From an uncultured delta proteobacterium (GTDB lineage: Bacteria; Myxococcota_A; Polyangia; Polyangiales; Polyangiaceae), in contig CAVOKF010000003.1 of assembly GCA_963696385.1 (NCBI GenBank), positions 765,896 to 829,895 on the forward strand: 64,000 nucleotides of DNA, in the 5' to 3' direction. A program made the position numbers and the translations under genes. The notes under the pieces were generated by a model that did no database searches, was not told where the DNA came from, and saw nothing but the letters and a program-made list of their open reading frames with translations. This document shows positions 1-9,698 of this stretch, one piece after another; within the stretch, counting starts at the first letter, position 1, and every line of letters starts with the position of its first letter.

Positions 1-1628
1 ATGATGAGCTGGGGGTAACGTCGGTCCGTACTGACGATGTCCACGGACATCGTGGCATGCAGGAACGTGGTGGGGTCCGCATCGATGTTCGCCTTTTGAA
101 GAGCGGTAAAGCGCACTTTGCCCGTCGTGTCCTGGGCGTAGTCATCGTAGGCTACCCAGAGCTGTCCCAGCACCTGCCCATAGGTGAAGACCATGACGCC
201 GCCCGGCTCATCGAGCCGATATGCGCTGAAGTCAAAAGCGGAGGACTGCCAGCGCCCACAGTTGAAGTCCGTGCAGCCTGGAACGGCGGTGACTGTGCCG
301 AAGTCGCTGCCGACCGTGAAGCCCTGATACCAGTCCCAATCGGCAGGATCGTGCGGCGCTGGGGCGACCTGAATGAACGAACGTGCCACGGGAATCGGGG
401 AAGCGGTCGGGGTCCGCAACGCCGAAGCACCGCCGTCGACGAAGAAGGTCTCGATCGGAATGCCGGGCCGGTCGTACTGGCCGTTGACAAAGACTTCGCC
501 CGCAGGCGTTGCCTCCGTCAAGTCGGCAAGGGTCAAGAACGTCTGGTGCGGCGGGGCGTCGAGATGCTGAGGCGAAAGGAAGCCCTGAAACGGACACCCC
601 GAGGCAAGAGCTTCCACGACGAGCGTGGTCGGCTGCGTGATCCCCGACCACTCAAGGTGCCAGAGCGGACCGGTTGCGCCTTGCGTGGTCGCACGGTTGT
701 AGCGCTCTTGCCCCACCGCAAGTTCGACGTGTGAGTCGGGCGGCTGGTACGTCACCGCCATCAGAGGCTTCGTTTCGGCCGCCTGGGCCGTGAGCACCTG
801 AAAGGCCGCCGCGGGCGCGGTCGTGTCCCCGGAGTGCGAGGCGAGATCGGCGCTGGCGAAATAGTACCTTGCGTATTGAGTCCAATCCTGCCCCGGTTGG
901 ACCGCGGCCGTCTGGGACGAGTATACCGTGCTCGTCGCGGCGCTCGCCGCGGCCGGCGCGTAGAATACGATACCGTCGTCGCGCCAGCCCTGGCTCAGAA
1001 ACGCTTGCCGCTCGCTCGCGTCGGTCGTGTACACTTTGAGGCGACTCTCCCTCCAGCCGACCTCACCGCCGGTCGTGTACCCAGCAACCGCGTAGACGGG
1101 CACGCGATCCGCGCCCGGCGAAACGTACACGTAGCCGAGAGTCGGGTCTGTGCTGACTTCGCCCGTCCACGAATACTGCCCAGACGCGGTGACGAGACCC
1201 GAGTTGTTGGAGGTGAGATTCGTCGGCAAGTCGTAGGTCTGACGCACGCCTGCGCAGCGGTAGATGGCATTCTGTATGGACACCGATCCGTCGGGATTGA
1301 CTGTGATGTCTTGATCGTTGGGTAAGGGGTAGACCCGGTAATCGATGGCTCCGTCGAACGGATCGAAGTCGATCCCTACGGAGTCTTCCCTCTGCGTCGC
1401 CGTCACATTCGTCAGCGGCGCCAGCGAGGGCAGCTTCGTCGCAACGCCCCCTTCGATTTGCGCGATGATGGTGCCAAAGCTCGTCGCCCCCGAGTCGACC
1501 TGAGGCTGCGTCACCGTGGTGCTCGCGACCACATCCGGGACCGCACCGCCGTCGCGTGGCGCCGAACCCTCCGACGACGAGCAACCGAAAATGCTCAGAC
1601 CGATCAGCCAGTGCCAGTTCTCTCTCAT
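1..1628 (-). CDS. Large secreted lipoprotein of unknown function, running off the left window edge (absent from ORF track)
   Basis: Minus-strand frame starts ATG at 1628 (MRENWHWLIGLSIFGCSSSEG..., lipobox-like IFGC) after a GGGGGA RBS-like stretch. It is still open at position 1 (...ATMSVDIVSTDRRYPQLI). The + ORFs 57..734, 834..1325 and 1458..1658 are its antisense shadows. Confidence 0.75.
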   Translation of the reverse strand, partial: MRENWHWLIGLSIFGCSSSEGSAPRDGGAVPDVVASTTVTQPQVDSGATSFGTIIAQIEGGVATKLPSLAPLTNVTATQREDSVGIDFDPFDGAIDYRVYPLPNDQDITVNPDGSVSIQNAIYRCAGVRQTYDLPTNLTSNNSGLVTASGQYSWTGEVSTDPTLGYVYVSPGADRVPVYAVAGYTTGGEVGWRESRLKVYTTDASERQAFLSQGWRDDGIVFYAPAAASAATSTVYSSQTAAVQPGQDWTQYARYYFASADLASHSGDTTAPAAAFQVLTAQAAETKPLMAVTYQPPDSHVELAVGQERYNRATTQGATGPLWHLEWSGITQPTTLVVEALASGCPFQGFLSPQHLDAPPHQTFLTLADLTEATPAGEVFVNGQYDRPGIPIETFFVDGGASALRTPTASPIPVARSFIQVAPAPHDPADWDWYQGFTVGSDFGTVTAVPGCTDFNCGRWQSSAFDFSAYRLDEPGGVMVFTYGQVLGQLWVAYDDYAQDTTGKVRFTALQKANIDADPTTFLHATMSVDIVSTDRRYPQLI

Positions 1629-1848
1629 CGATCGAGATCTTCCCCCGTGCTCGGCTAGCCTGCCTCATACCGGCCCCGAATCCAAGTCCTGTCAACCGCG
1701 TGCCTCGACCGCCGTTCGCGGTTGATGTGTTACTCCAGACTCCAAGACCGGCGGCGACGACTCTAGGGCCGTGTCCCCCCCACAGGACGCGACGCCATCG
1801 TACCGCTCGGGCCCTTGCACACCGCAGAATCGTAACCCCGACGGCCTC

Positions 1849-2028
1849 TCACTCGATCGAAACCAACTGGGGGTACCAGCGTAGGCACATAACCGCCCAC
1901 ACGACGATGAACGCGAGGACGATTCCCTGCGCGCGGCGCAGGGCACTCCGTGGCCTCCGCGCCCTCGCCAAGCGCATGGGAACGGCGAAACTGACCAGCA
2001 CGATCGATAAAATGATGAGCTTTGCCAC
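1849..2028 (-). CDS. Small 59-aa two-helix membrane protein (below ORF-track cutoff)
   Basis: GTG start after GGGAG; MAKLIILSIVLVSFAVPMRLARARRPRSALRRAQGIVLAFIVVWAVMCLRWYPQLVSIE*. Two hydrophobic segments around a basic loop; starts 15 nt after the stop of the Wzy-like gene. Confidence 0.7.
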   Translation of the reverse strand: MAKLIILSIVLVSFAVPMRLARARRPRSALRRAQGIVLAFIVVWAVMCLRWYPQLVSIE

Positions 2029-2043
2029 CGACTCCCCCCACTC

Positions 2044-3354
2044 CTACCGAACTCCGGCCGGCGGTGTCGGATTAGGTGCGTTCCATACGCCTGCGATTTG
2101 TGGCAAGCGCAACGCCATCGCATAACTGACGGCCATGACGTACATCGTTTGGATGGATCGGATGCCCATGTCACCATAGAGCTGGTTGGCGCAGACCACC
2201 AGCTGAGCAGCGCCGATGAGAGCGGCACTCCGGGCTTTCCAAGAATTGCCCATGCTCGCCACTCGCGCGTTCAAGAACACGGCGGTGGGCAGTGCGAGCC
2301 AGAACCCGGCAAATCCGAGGATACCGGTAAACGCCAGGAGCCCGAGGATGCTGTTGTGCGGGACGTACTGCCACAGCTCGAATTCGGACGATATATCGTA
2401 TTTCATCGTGAGGGCAGCATAGGGGTGTCCCCACCCGCTCCCCGTCAGTGCGCTGGTGTAGTTCGCGGTGGCGATGAGACCCAAGTTTTCCGCATTCCGA
2501 GCCAACGTCGACGCATCCTCGTTTGTCGAAACACTCGAGATGGATCGGAGTGGAAGGAAGATTGGATTCATTCGTCCCCAGCCGACGATCACGTAGACGG
2601 TCAGAGCCGGAATTGCGAAGATGAGCGCCCGGCGGCTCATGCGTTTCATCGCACCGCTCTGCGGGATGAGAAAGTACAGCATGACGAGACCCATGGCGAG
2701 AGACACCCAGGCAAGCCTTCGGCTGTTGAACTGGAGCGCTCCCAGCAAAAACAGGGTGACCGCTCCGTTGCGCAAGACAACGAGTGGCGTCCTCTTCTGA
2801 ACCGCTTGAACCACCAGGATCAGAATGGATACAACCCACGGAATGGTGTCGTCGTGAAGGGTCAGAAAGGCACCGCTACTGCCAACGAGGTGGCGCCCCC
2901 ACGTATAATACGAGACCCAACACATGAACGCGCGATAGATAGCGGCCGCCACAACCCATTTCGATAAACTGCAAAAATGCGCCGCGGTCCGAAACGTTGC
3001 CGCGATCGCAAAGGTCAATAGTATCGTGCTGAGGATGAGGTACGTCTGCCAACTGGCGGAGCGAGCATCTCCGCCGCGCACAATTCCGAAAACATACCAC
3101 ACGACCGTCGTGGCAAGCATCAAGAGGAGCGCGTTCTTCATGGGCGCAACGTGCGGCCCGCGTCCATCGCGCCTGGCGGAGCCCACGACCAGAATGGCGA
3201 GCGCGATCAGGTCGAACGGGCGGATTTTGATGGGCGTGGGCTCCAACAACCATGCGTTGACCCACTCCATAGGCGCGAACAGATGCGTCTTGTAAGCGCA
3301 CGCGGACTCGTCCACGAATAGCAAGAAGAGAAGCAATCCGATGAACCGGGTCAC
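2044..3354 (-). CDS. Wzy polymerase / O-antigen ligase family membrane protein
   Basis: About 10-11 TM segments; NSRRLAW, GSGWG and PHNSILGLL motifs typical of Wzy_C; sits beside glycosyltransferases. Confidence 0.75.
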   Translation of the reverse strand: MTRFIGLLLFLLFVDESACAYKTHLFAPMEWVNAWLLEPTPIKIRPFDLIALAILVVGSARRDGRGPHVAPMKNALLLMLATTVVWYVFGIVRGGDARSASWQTYLILSTILLTFAIAATFRTAAHFCSLSKWVVAAAIYRAFMCWVSYYTWGRHLVGSSGAFLTLHDDTIPWVVSILILVVQAVQKRTPLVVLRNGAVTLFLLGALQFNSRRLAWVSLAMGLVMLYFLIPQSGAMKRMSRRALIFAIPALTVYVIVGWGRMNPIFLPLRSISSVSTNEDASTLARNAENLGLIATANYTSALTGSGWGHPYAALTMKYDISSEFELWQYVPHNSILGLLAFTGILGFAGFWLALPTAVFLNARVASMGNSWKARSAALIGAAQLVVCANQLYGDMGIRSIQTMYVMAVSYAMALRLPQIAGVWNAPNPTPPAGVR

Positions 3355-3454
3355 GTTGGCACCGTAGGCAAGCCGAAAGGGATGCGCAACCGTCGAATGG
3401 CTGCGTGCCGCTCAGCCGAGGCCGGAACGGCGCCGGACCGTGCTAGGTAACACG

Positions 3455-4366
3455 TCACACCGGCCGGTAGACGAACCGGGCCGCATCAATCGGATGACGA
3501 AGCGATCGGACGACACCCACCAGCATTCCACCGACGAAACGGAGATTGGTCGGGCGTCGTCCCAGAATCGCGTTGCGCACCGCGGCCGTACCGTGGCTCG
3601 TGATCCAGCTTGCGAGCAGGTGGACGCCATCCTTGGTGCCAAGGCGGACGTGCTTCGCGAGGGCGGCCCCGATGGCCACGCCGTATCCCCCAACCAGAGC
3701 GGACGCGTCTTGCCCCTCGCGCACGCCCAGATGAAGGACCGATACCTCGACCGCATTCAGAACCTTCATCCCTGCTGCAAGGGCACGAATCGTCAGATCG
3801 TATTCCTCGGCTGCGGGGAACTTCGCCCCCGCACCGAGCAAGGTGTCAAATTTCCCGACCCCATCGAAGACCGATCGACGAAACGCCATGTTGGCGCCGA
3901 TTCCCCATGGCTCGTTGGCCTGCGGAAAGCTATGGTGGTATTCGCGGGTGGTGGGCTCGAACTGAGCGGCATACCCGCGATGGCCGATCGTATCCGAGGG
4001 GACCGTCACGCGCCCGAAGACAACTGCGGCATCCGGATTTGCGCTGAACACCTCGATTAAACTTGGAATCCAATTTTCAGGAACCCTGCAGTCGTCGTCC
4101 GTGAAGGCGATGATCGGCGCGCGGGTCGCCTCGATTCCGAGGTTCCGAGAGTTCGATAACCCTCGCGAGTCGCTTCGAATATAGCGAAAGCGGGGGTCGG
4201 CGAAGAAAGGCGACAAGGCCTCTTTGGTTGCGTCGGTGTCACTCTGATCGATGACCACGACCTCGAACATGTCTCCCAGATTCGCCAAAATGGATTGCAC
4301 GCAGGGACCGGCGTCGTGTGCTCGGTTTCGGGTTGCGACGACCACGGAAATACGACTCGAGTTCAC
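3455..4366 (-). CDS. Glycosyltransferase family 2
   Basis: ISVVVATRNR, VVIDQSDTD, SRNLGI, FTDDDC (DxD), GANMAFRR. Confidence 0.9.
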   Translation of the reverse strand: MNSSRISVVVATRNRAHDAGPCVQSILANLGDMFEVVVIDQSDTDATKEALSPFFADPRFRYIRSDSRGLSNSRNLGIEATRAPIIAFTDDDCRVPENWIPSLIEVFSANPDAAVVFGRVTVPSDTIGHRGYAAQFEPTTREYHHSFPQANEPWGIGANMAFRRSVFDGVGKFDTLLGAGAKFPAAEEYDLTIRALAAGMKVLNAVEVSVLHLGVREGQDASALVGGYGVAIGAALAKHVRLGTKDGVHLLASWITSHGTAAVRNAILGRRPTNLRFVGGMLVGVVRSLRHPIDAARFVYRPV

Positions 4367-4500
4367 GGCACCTCAATGAGTATTCCGGCCAAGGGGGACC
4401 CGGAACGGGCGAGCAAAAAAACTAGGCCATGTTTTAGCTTGGCGTGTGGGGTATGTCATCGAGTGTCGTGGCGGCCCCGGCTCCCCTTCACTGGCTGAGG

Positions 4501-5691
4501 TCATTTGTTCAGGATGGCTTCGTAGGCGACGCGCGCATCGCCGGCCATCCTGTAGGGATTGAAATAGTCGAGAACGCGTGACCTGCCATGAGCTCCCATC
4601 CTCGCGCGAAGCTCACGGTCGGTGAGCAAGGTGACGAGGTGACCGGCGAGCGCGGCGACATCGAAGGGAGCCGCCAACAGGCCCGATCGACCGTGCTCGA
4701 CGACTTCCGGGGTGCCGCCGTTGTTCAGCGCGACCACGGGCCGGCCCATGGCCATGGCTTCCAAGAAGACCAGGCCGAACGGCTCCTCGAAGCTCGGCAT
4801 GCTGAAGACATCGCAGGCAGCCATAATTTGGGGGATATCCGAGCGTCCGCCGGTGAACACGACACGCTCGCTTACACCGAGGTCTCTCGCAAGGACTTTG
4901 AGTTCTTCGGTAAATGAGCTTCCGTGCACGTGCACGTCGTCATCGCCGACAATCAACAGTCGGACCTCAGGCACTTCCGGCAATATGAGCGCCAGGGCTC
5001 GCAGGAGCTCGCGCTGCCCCTTCTGGCCGAAGAGTCGGGATACCGAAGCCAGCAGCGGGGCGTTCGCAGGGATGCCAAACTCACGACGGACGCCGCTCCC
5101 ATCGATGCTCGGATCCCACCTGGACGGGTCGACGCAGTTCAGGATCGTGTGAACGCGCTCGCCCGCCGTACCCGTTGCGACGACCGTTTGAGCCACGAAC
5201 CGGGAGATGCAGAAGACGGCATCCGCGCTCCGAACCCCCCATTTGGCTGGACCGCTGTACCCGTCGGACCATGCCACGTGAACGTGTACCACCGACCGGG
5301 CGCCGGTCAGCCTGCCGAGAACGACGGAGTAGACGGCGTCGCGGGGGCGGTCGGTCCCGTGGATGATGTCGACGCGTTCCCGCCGTATGTAGCGGATCAG
5401 GCCAACGAGGTCCGCCGGAAACGCCGCCGCGGCGCGGACGCCGCGCATCGTCGTCTTTAGGCTGCGATGACGAAACCCCGGTGCAAACGTCGTGGGCCGC
5501 AAACGGATGTCGGGAATACCTCCGAACTTGACGAGTGCGTCGGGAACACCCGAGCCGTCTCCGCGGCTGCTCGCCACGTGAACGACGAAGCGATCTCGAT
5601 CGAGGTAGCGCATCAGGTGCGCGTGGATCGCGGAGTCTGCGCCGAAGCCGTTCTGCGAGTGCAGGAAGAGAACGTTGATCTTGTCCGGCAT
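4501..5691 (-). CDS. Glycosyltransferase family 4 (GT-B)
   Basis: EPFGLVFLEAMAMGRPVV (ExFGxxxxE) motif, KGQREL, GGTPEVV. Confidence 0.92.
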   Translation of the reverse strand: MPDKINVLFLHSQNGFGADSAIHAHLMRYLDRDRFVVHVASSRGDGSGVPDALVKFGGIPDIRLRPTTFAPGFRHRSLKTTMRGVRAAAAFPADLVGLIRYIRRERVDIIHGTDRPRDAVYSVVLGRLTGARSVVHVHVAWSDGYSGPAKWGVRSADAVFCISRFVAQTVVATGTAGERVHTILNCVDPSRWDPSIDGSGVRREFGIPANAPLLASVSRLFGQKGQRELLRALALILPEVPEVRLLIVGDDDVHVHGSSFTEELKVLARDLGVSERVVFTGGRSDIPQIMAACDVFSMPSFEEPFGLVFLEAMAMGRPVVALNNGGTPEVVEHGRSGLLAAPFDVAALAGHLVTLLTDRELRARMGAHGRSRVLDYFNPYRMAGDARVAYEAILNK

Positions 5692-5703
5692 CTCAGGTCT
5701 CGG

Positions 5704-7203
5704 TCAAAGGTCCCCGGCTCGGATTTGTTGGGCTAGATGATGTCCCGCCCGAGCCCCGAGCGCCATGGCCGTCAATACGGGGTTCTTCTCGGGGCCCGTC
5801 GTGAAGACGGCGGAATCAGCGACGACAACGTTGGGCACGGCGTGCAAGCAACTCCAGCCGTCGACCATCCCGAATTGCGGCAACCGATGCATCCGACAAG
5901 TGCCTCCGTAGTGAACCGATTCGCACGCCCGCTCGTAATGCCACGTGCGGACCCTCGGCTTCAAACCGGCGCGGCTCAACACGTCAACCAGGTCGTCTCG
6001 CGCCTTGTCCAAAGCTGGCCTTGCCTGCGGCGGGTGCCGAATGTGCAAGGTCAACGCGGCTGAACCGTCCGGGCCTCGCTGCTTCCGATCCAACGCAATC
6101 CAATTGTCCGGGACCGGCGCCATCGTTCCAAAGACGTTGAAGCCGAGCCACGGGAGCCGAGCCGGATGGCGCTGCAGAACGCTGCGAGCCAGGAGCGCCA
6201 CGCCACTCCACTGCATGCAGGCCGCGGCGTAGAGTGGCGGAGCCTTCTCGAGCCTCGGACGCGTCAAGTACGATGGCGGATGAAATGAAAGGGGAGTCCC
6301 CAAATCGACCACGAGTTTCGCAAGCGGATGGTCATGCAGATAGCGCCCGAGCACGCCGTGACTGTTTCCGAGCCCATCGGGAAATTCTGCGCTCGACGAT
6401 CGGAATAGGACTTCCGGCGTACGAATGGCGCCCGCGGCGAGGACCACCGCGCGGCAAGCCAGTCGGCTTTCGGACCCCGTGCGCGCGTCGCGGCACAGCA
6501 CCGCCTCGACGCGTCGGGTTTTCGGTGAGAATTCGAGGCGGACGACGTGGGCGCCAAACCGCACCGTCAAGCGCCCGGCGCGGAGCTCGGGTTGTACCAG
6601 CCTCACGAACGAATTGAAGACCGTGCCGCTAGGGGTCAGAGTGGTTTCCGCGCCGTACGCAAAGGGCATCGGAGCCAGGGTGCGGCCACCGCACTGCGCC
6701 TGATTGGCCATCTCAGCCCAGTCCGGCCCCAGCACCCGCGCGTGCCGTACCCGATTCGCTGGAAGCTGCGACGATCCCTCGGCCGCGCCGGCAATGTGAA
6801 GGAGCGACTCGATTTGGTCGTACCACGGGGCGACATCGTCGTACCCGATCGGCCACGTGTACGGTTCGCCGGCACGCTCCGCATCGGCAAAGTCCTCGGG
6901 CGCGAATCGTGGAACGGCGCAGCTCCAATGGTTGGACAGGCCTCCCGGCGCGAGCTCTTCGAACAGGCCCGCGTCCGGATCGGCCGTCGCAACGACGCCT
7001 TCCCGTCTCTTCAGCGGCGGGTGCGCCCGAAAGACCGTAATCCCCCGAACTCGCACGGTCATTCCACGCGCCGCGTGCTTCGACCCGGACTCAAGCAATA
7101 GGACGTCCGCGCCGGCCCTGCTCAGAAACACGGCCGCCGCTGCGCCCGCAGGACCGCTGCCGACGACGACGACGCGCCCAGCCTCTTTCACGCCGAGCAG
7201 CAT
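5704..7203 (-). CDS. GMC family FAD-dependent oxidoreductase
   Basis: VVVVGSGPAG dinucleotide fold, GGLSNHWS, LGRYLHDHP, HYGGTCRM, NPVLTAMAL. Start placed at the ATG just before the Rossmann motif. Confidence 0.88.
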   Translation of the reverse strand: MLLGVKEAGRVVVVGSGPAGAAAAVFLSRAGADVLLLESGSKHAARGMTVRVRGITVFRAHPPLKRREGVVATADPDAGLFEELAPGGLSNHWSCAVPRFAPEDFADAERAGEPYTWPIGYDDVAPWYDQIESLLHIAGAAEGSSQLPANRVRHARVLGPDWAEMANQAQCGGRTLAPMPFAYGAETTLTPSGTVFNSFVRLVQPELRAGRLTVRFGAHVVRLEFSPKTRRVEAVLCRDARTGSESRLACRAVVLAAGAIRTPEVLFRSSSAEFPDGLGNSHGVLGRYLHDHPLAKLVVDLGTPLSFHPPSYLTRPRLEKAPPLYAAACMQWSGVALLARSVLQRHPARLPWLGFNVFGTMAPVPDNWIALDRKQRGPDGSAALTLHIRHPPQARPALDKARDDLVDVLSRAGLKPRVRTWHYERACESVHYGGTCRMHRLPQFGMVDGWSCLHAVPNVVVADSAVFTTGPEKNPVLTAMALGARAGHHLAQQIRAGDL

Positions 7204-7341
7204 ACACGAGCCGCAGCGTTGGCCACGAGCGTGCGTGCCGCCCGCCGCACCCGTCCCCGCAAAATGACATGGGCTGCGTTCGCACCCGAGATCGCGCGCA
7301 ATCCGCTTCCCTCGGAGCTTCGCTGGAGGAATACTGCGACA

Positions 7342-8313
7342 GTGCAAACTCGCGCGTTCGGTAAAACGGATCTAAGGGTCTCCTCATTGGGGCTCGGTTG
7401 TGCGCGAATCGGCGGAATCTTTCAGCGTGATACCGCCGGTTTCCTCAACCTTTTGTCGGTCGCGCGCGACGCCGGAATCAATTTTTTCGATACTTCCGAT
7501 ATGTACTCTCAGGGAGAGAGTGAAGTGCTCATCGGAAAAGCATTTCGGCGCCTTCGGGGCACTGTCATCATCGCAAGCAAGGCGGGATATCGCTTGCCGA
7601 CCCGACGTAAGCTCGCCGCGAGACTGAAGCCCCTGTTGCGGCCCGCCATCCGGTTGCTCAGGATCCGCCGAGACCGTCTGTCTGCCGCCACACGAGGCTC
7701 GCTGGCTCAGGACTTCTCGGCACCCTACCTGCGACGAGCGATCGAAGGCAGTCTTCGGCGCCTCCACACCGACTACTTGGATCTCTTCCAGTTGCACAGC
7801 CCGCCGCTCCAGGTCGTCGAGCGGGGCGAGTGGGAGCCCGCGCTCGAGGCGCTCAAGAAAGAGGGCAAAATCCGATACTACGGAGTGTCGTGCGACACGA
7901 TCGAAGCCGGCCTAGCCGCCCTGCGCTATCCAGGCGTTTCGTCGCTCCAGTTCACGCTGAGCCTGCTCGAGCGGCGGGCGGTCGAAGCGCTTCTGCCTGG
8001 GGCCATGGCGACCGGGGTCGCCTGCATCGCGCGGGAATGCCTGGCCAATGGTCTATTGGCCAAGAATGCGGACGAACTCGATCTAAGCGCTTACTGCCCC
8101 GCCCCGGAGGAACGGACGCTGCGAGAATCGCAGCTTGCACAATTTCGACGACAGGCGCTGGAAGACGGCACCTCGCTGACGCGCATCGCCATCGAGTACG
8201 CAGCGGGCGCAACGGGCGTGTCCGTCGCCCTCGTTGGCGCACGAACGGTCGATCAGCTGCGAGGCCTACTTGCGCATGTCTCTCGCGGCACGCTGACCAA
8301 CGCTCGCGCTTGA
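7342..8313 (+). CDS. Aldo/keto reductase
   Basis: VSSLGLGC, GINFFDTSDMY, SLRRLHTDYLDLFQLH, GKIRYYGVS. GTG start at 7342 after GGAGGA. Confidence 0.9.
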   Translation: MQTRAFGKTDLRVSSLGLGCARIGGIFQRDTAGFLNLLSVARDAGINFFDTSDMYSQGESEVLIGKAFRRLRGTVIIASKAGYRLPTRRKLAARLKPLLRPAIRLLRIRRDRLSAATRGSLAQDFSAPYLRRAIEGSLRRLHTDYLDLFQLHSPPLQVVERGEWEPALEALKKEGKIRYYGVSCDTIEAGLAALRYPGVSSLQFTLSLLERRAVEALLPGAMATGVACIARECLANGLLAKNADELDLSAYCPAPEERTLRESQLAQFRRQALEDGTSLTRIAIEYAAGATGVSVALVGARTVDQLRGLLAHVSRGTLTNARA

Positions 8314-8340
8314 TCCTGTTGGAACGCGCTTCGGCCGACT

Positions 8341-9609
8341 CTACGGAGCGCGGCGGCCCGGCAACGGCGCGGGAACCAGCGTCTCTGCCGTGCCACCGGA
8401 GACCGGCCCGCGCCCCCTCCAGGATCTCGGGGCAGACCTTCCCATGAATGGCTCCTCGAATACCCGAAAAAAACCATACGAAAAGCCAAGTATCGAAAGT
8501 GCGCCGGGACCCATGAGCGCCGCGAACATGACGGCCGCACTCAAATGGGCCGGCGCCAGAATGTACTGCCATAGCATCTGTAGGAGCGGCGCATGGATCA
8601 AATACAAACTGTACGAGAAAGTCCCGACGAAGACCAGCGGTCTCCACGATAAAATGCGCGTAGCGACGCTCGATTTATCGATCGACGTGAAAACGAGCAC
8701 GCACAGCGCGGCAACGGCCACAGGACAGTCGAGCACGTAGAATCGCTCTACGGCCCGCTGCCAACCCCAGAAATCGCTGAGCGCCACGACCCACGCAACG
8801 CACAGGAGCGTCACCGAGCGCCAGGGGACGCGTCTTCGCAAGACTACGATGGCCGTGTCTTCGCTCCGCACCAAGTAGGCTGCCAGCATCCCGAGGGCGA
8901 AGAGCCCGATATACTGCGGGGCGGCCCGCGCGACACGCGTATGTCCGAGTCCCAATCGCAGCGCATATCCGACGGCGAGTGCCGAGAAAACGGTGACGGT
9001 CGGACCCAGGCGACGCCAAGACCAAACCAGCAGCGGGAATATGAAGTAGATCTGCCACTCGACCGCGATGGACCAAAAAACGTAGTTGATCTTGCCGGTG
9101 CCGAACAGATCTTGCAGCAGCACGAGATGACTGAGAATGGCGACCCTGTTGCTCTCGATCGGAACGTCCCAAAGGGTACCGGTGGGCTTGCCAATGACCG
9201 TCCAGATCGCGAGTAGGCAAAATGCTAGCGCCCCGTAGTATGGCGGCAAAATGCGACGGGCGCGTCGCTTGAAAAATGCGACCGCGCCTCCTCGAAGGCG
9301 ATTGCCCGCCCCCACCACGGGAAGCATCAGACAAAACCCCGAGACCACAATAAATACCGTCACCGAAAGGTGGCCTGCCACGAGCGAGTACGTGAACGGC
9401 GAAAGAAGCCACGGCGGGAATTGCGCTCGACCCGGATTCCACACTTGGGCGTACGCGTGATTGATGAAGACGACGTACGCCGCGAGCGCGCGAATGCCCT
9501 CGACCTGCGTCAGGTGAATCGGCTTGCTGGCGCGCGGAGGATTGCCGCTCGACAACGAATCGACGTTGGCGCGCGAAGGATCTGCCGCCGGAGAAGGAGT
9601 CAGGACCAT
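8341..9609 (-). CDS. Acyltransferase family 3 (OafA-like) membrane O-acyltransferase
   Basis: EGIRALAA, VFIVVSGF, FFKRRARRILPPYY, WSIAVEWQIY, SYSLYLIH. Confidence 0.92.
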   Translation of the reverse strand: MVLTPSPAADPSRANVDSLSSGNPPRASKPIHLTQVEGIRALAAYVVFINHAYAQVWNPGRAQFPPWLLSPFTYSLVAGHLSVTVFIVVSGFCLMLPVVGAGNRLRGGAVAFFKRRARRILPPYYGALAFCLLAIWTVIGKPTGTLWDVPIESNRVAILSHLVLLQDLFGTGKINYVFWSIAVEWQIYFIFPLLVWSWRRLGPTVTVFSALAVGYALRLGLGHTRVARAAPQYIGLFALGMLAAYLVRSEDTAIVVLRRRVPWRSVTLLCVAWVVALSDFWGWQRAVERFYVLDCPVAVAALCVLVFTSIDKSSVATRILSWRPLVFVGTFSYSLYLIHAPLLQMLWQYILAPAHLSAAVMFAALMGPGALSILGFSYGFFRVFEEPFMGRSAPRSWRGRGPVSGGTAETLVPAPLPGRRAP

Positions 9610-9698
9610 CCCCTTGTGACGCTACTTCCCCCTCAAGGCTTCGTCCACGTCGAGGTTTCTGTGGGGACGACTCGGTGTCGCCCTCCACCTTGGCGGCA

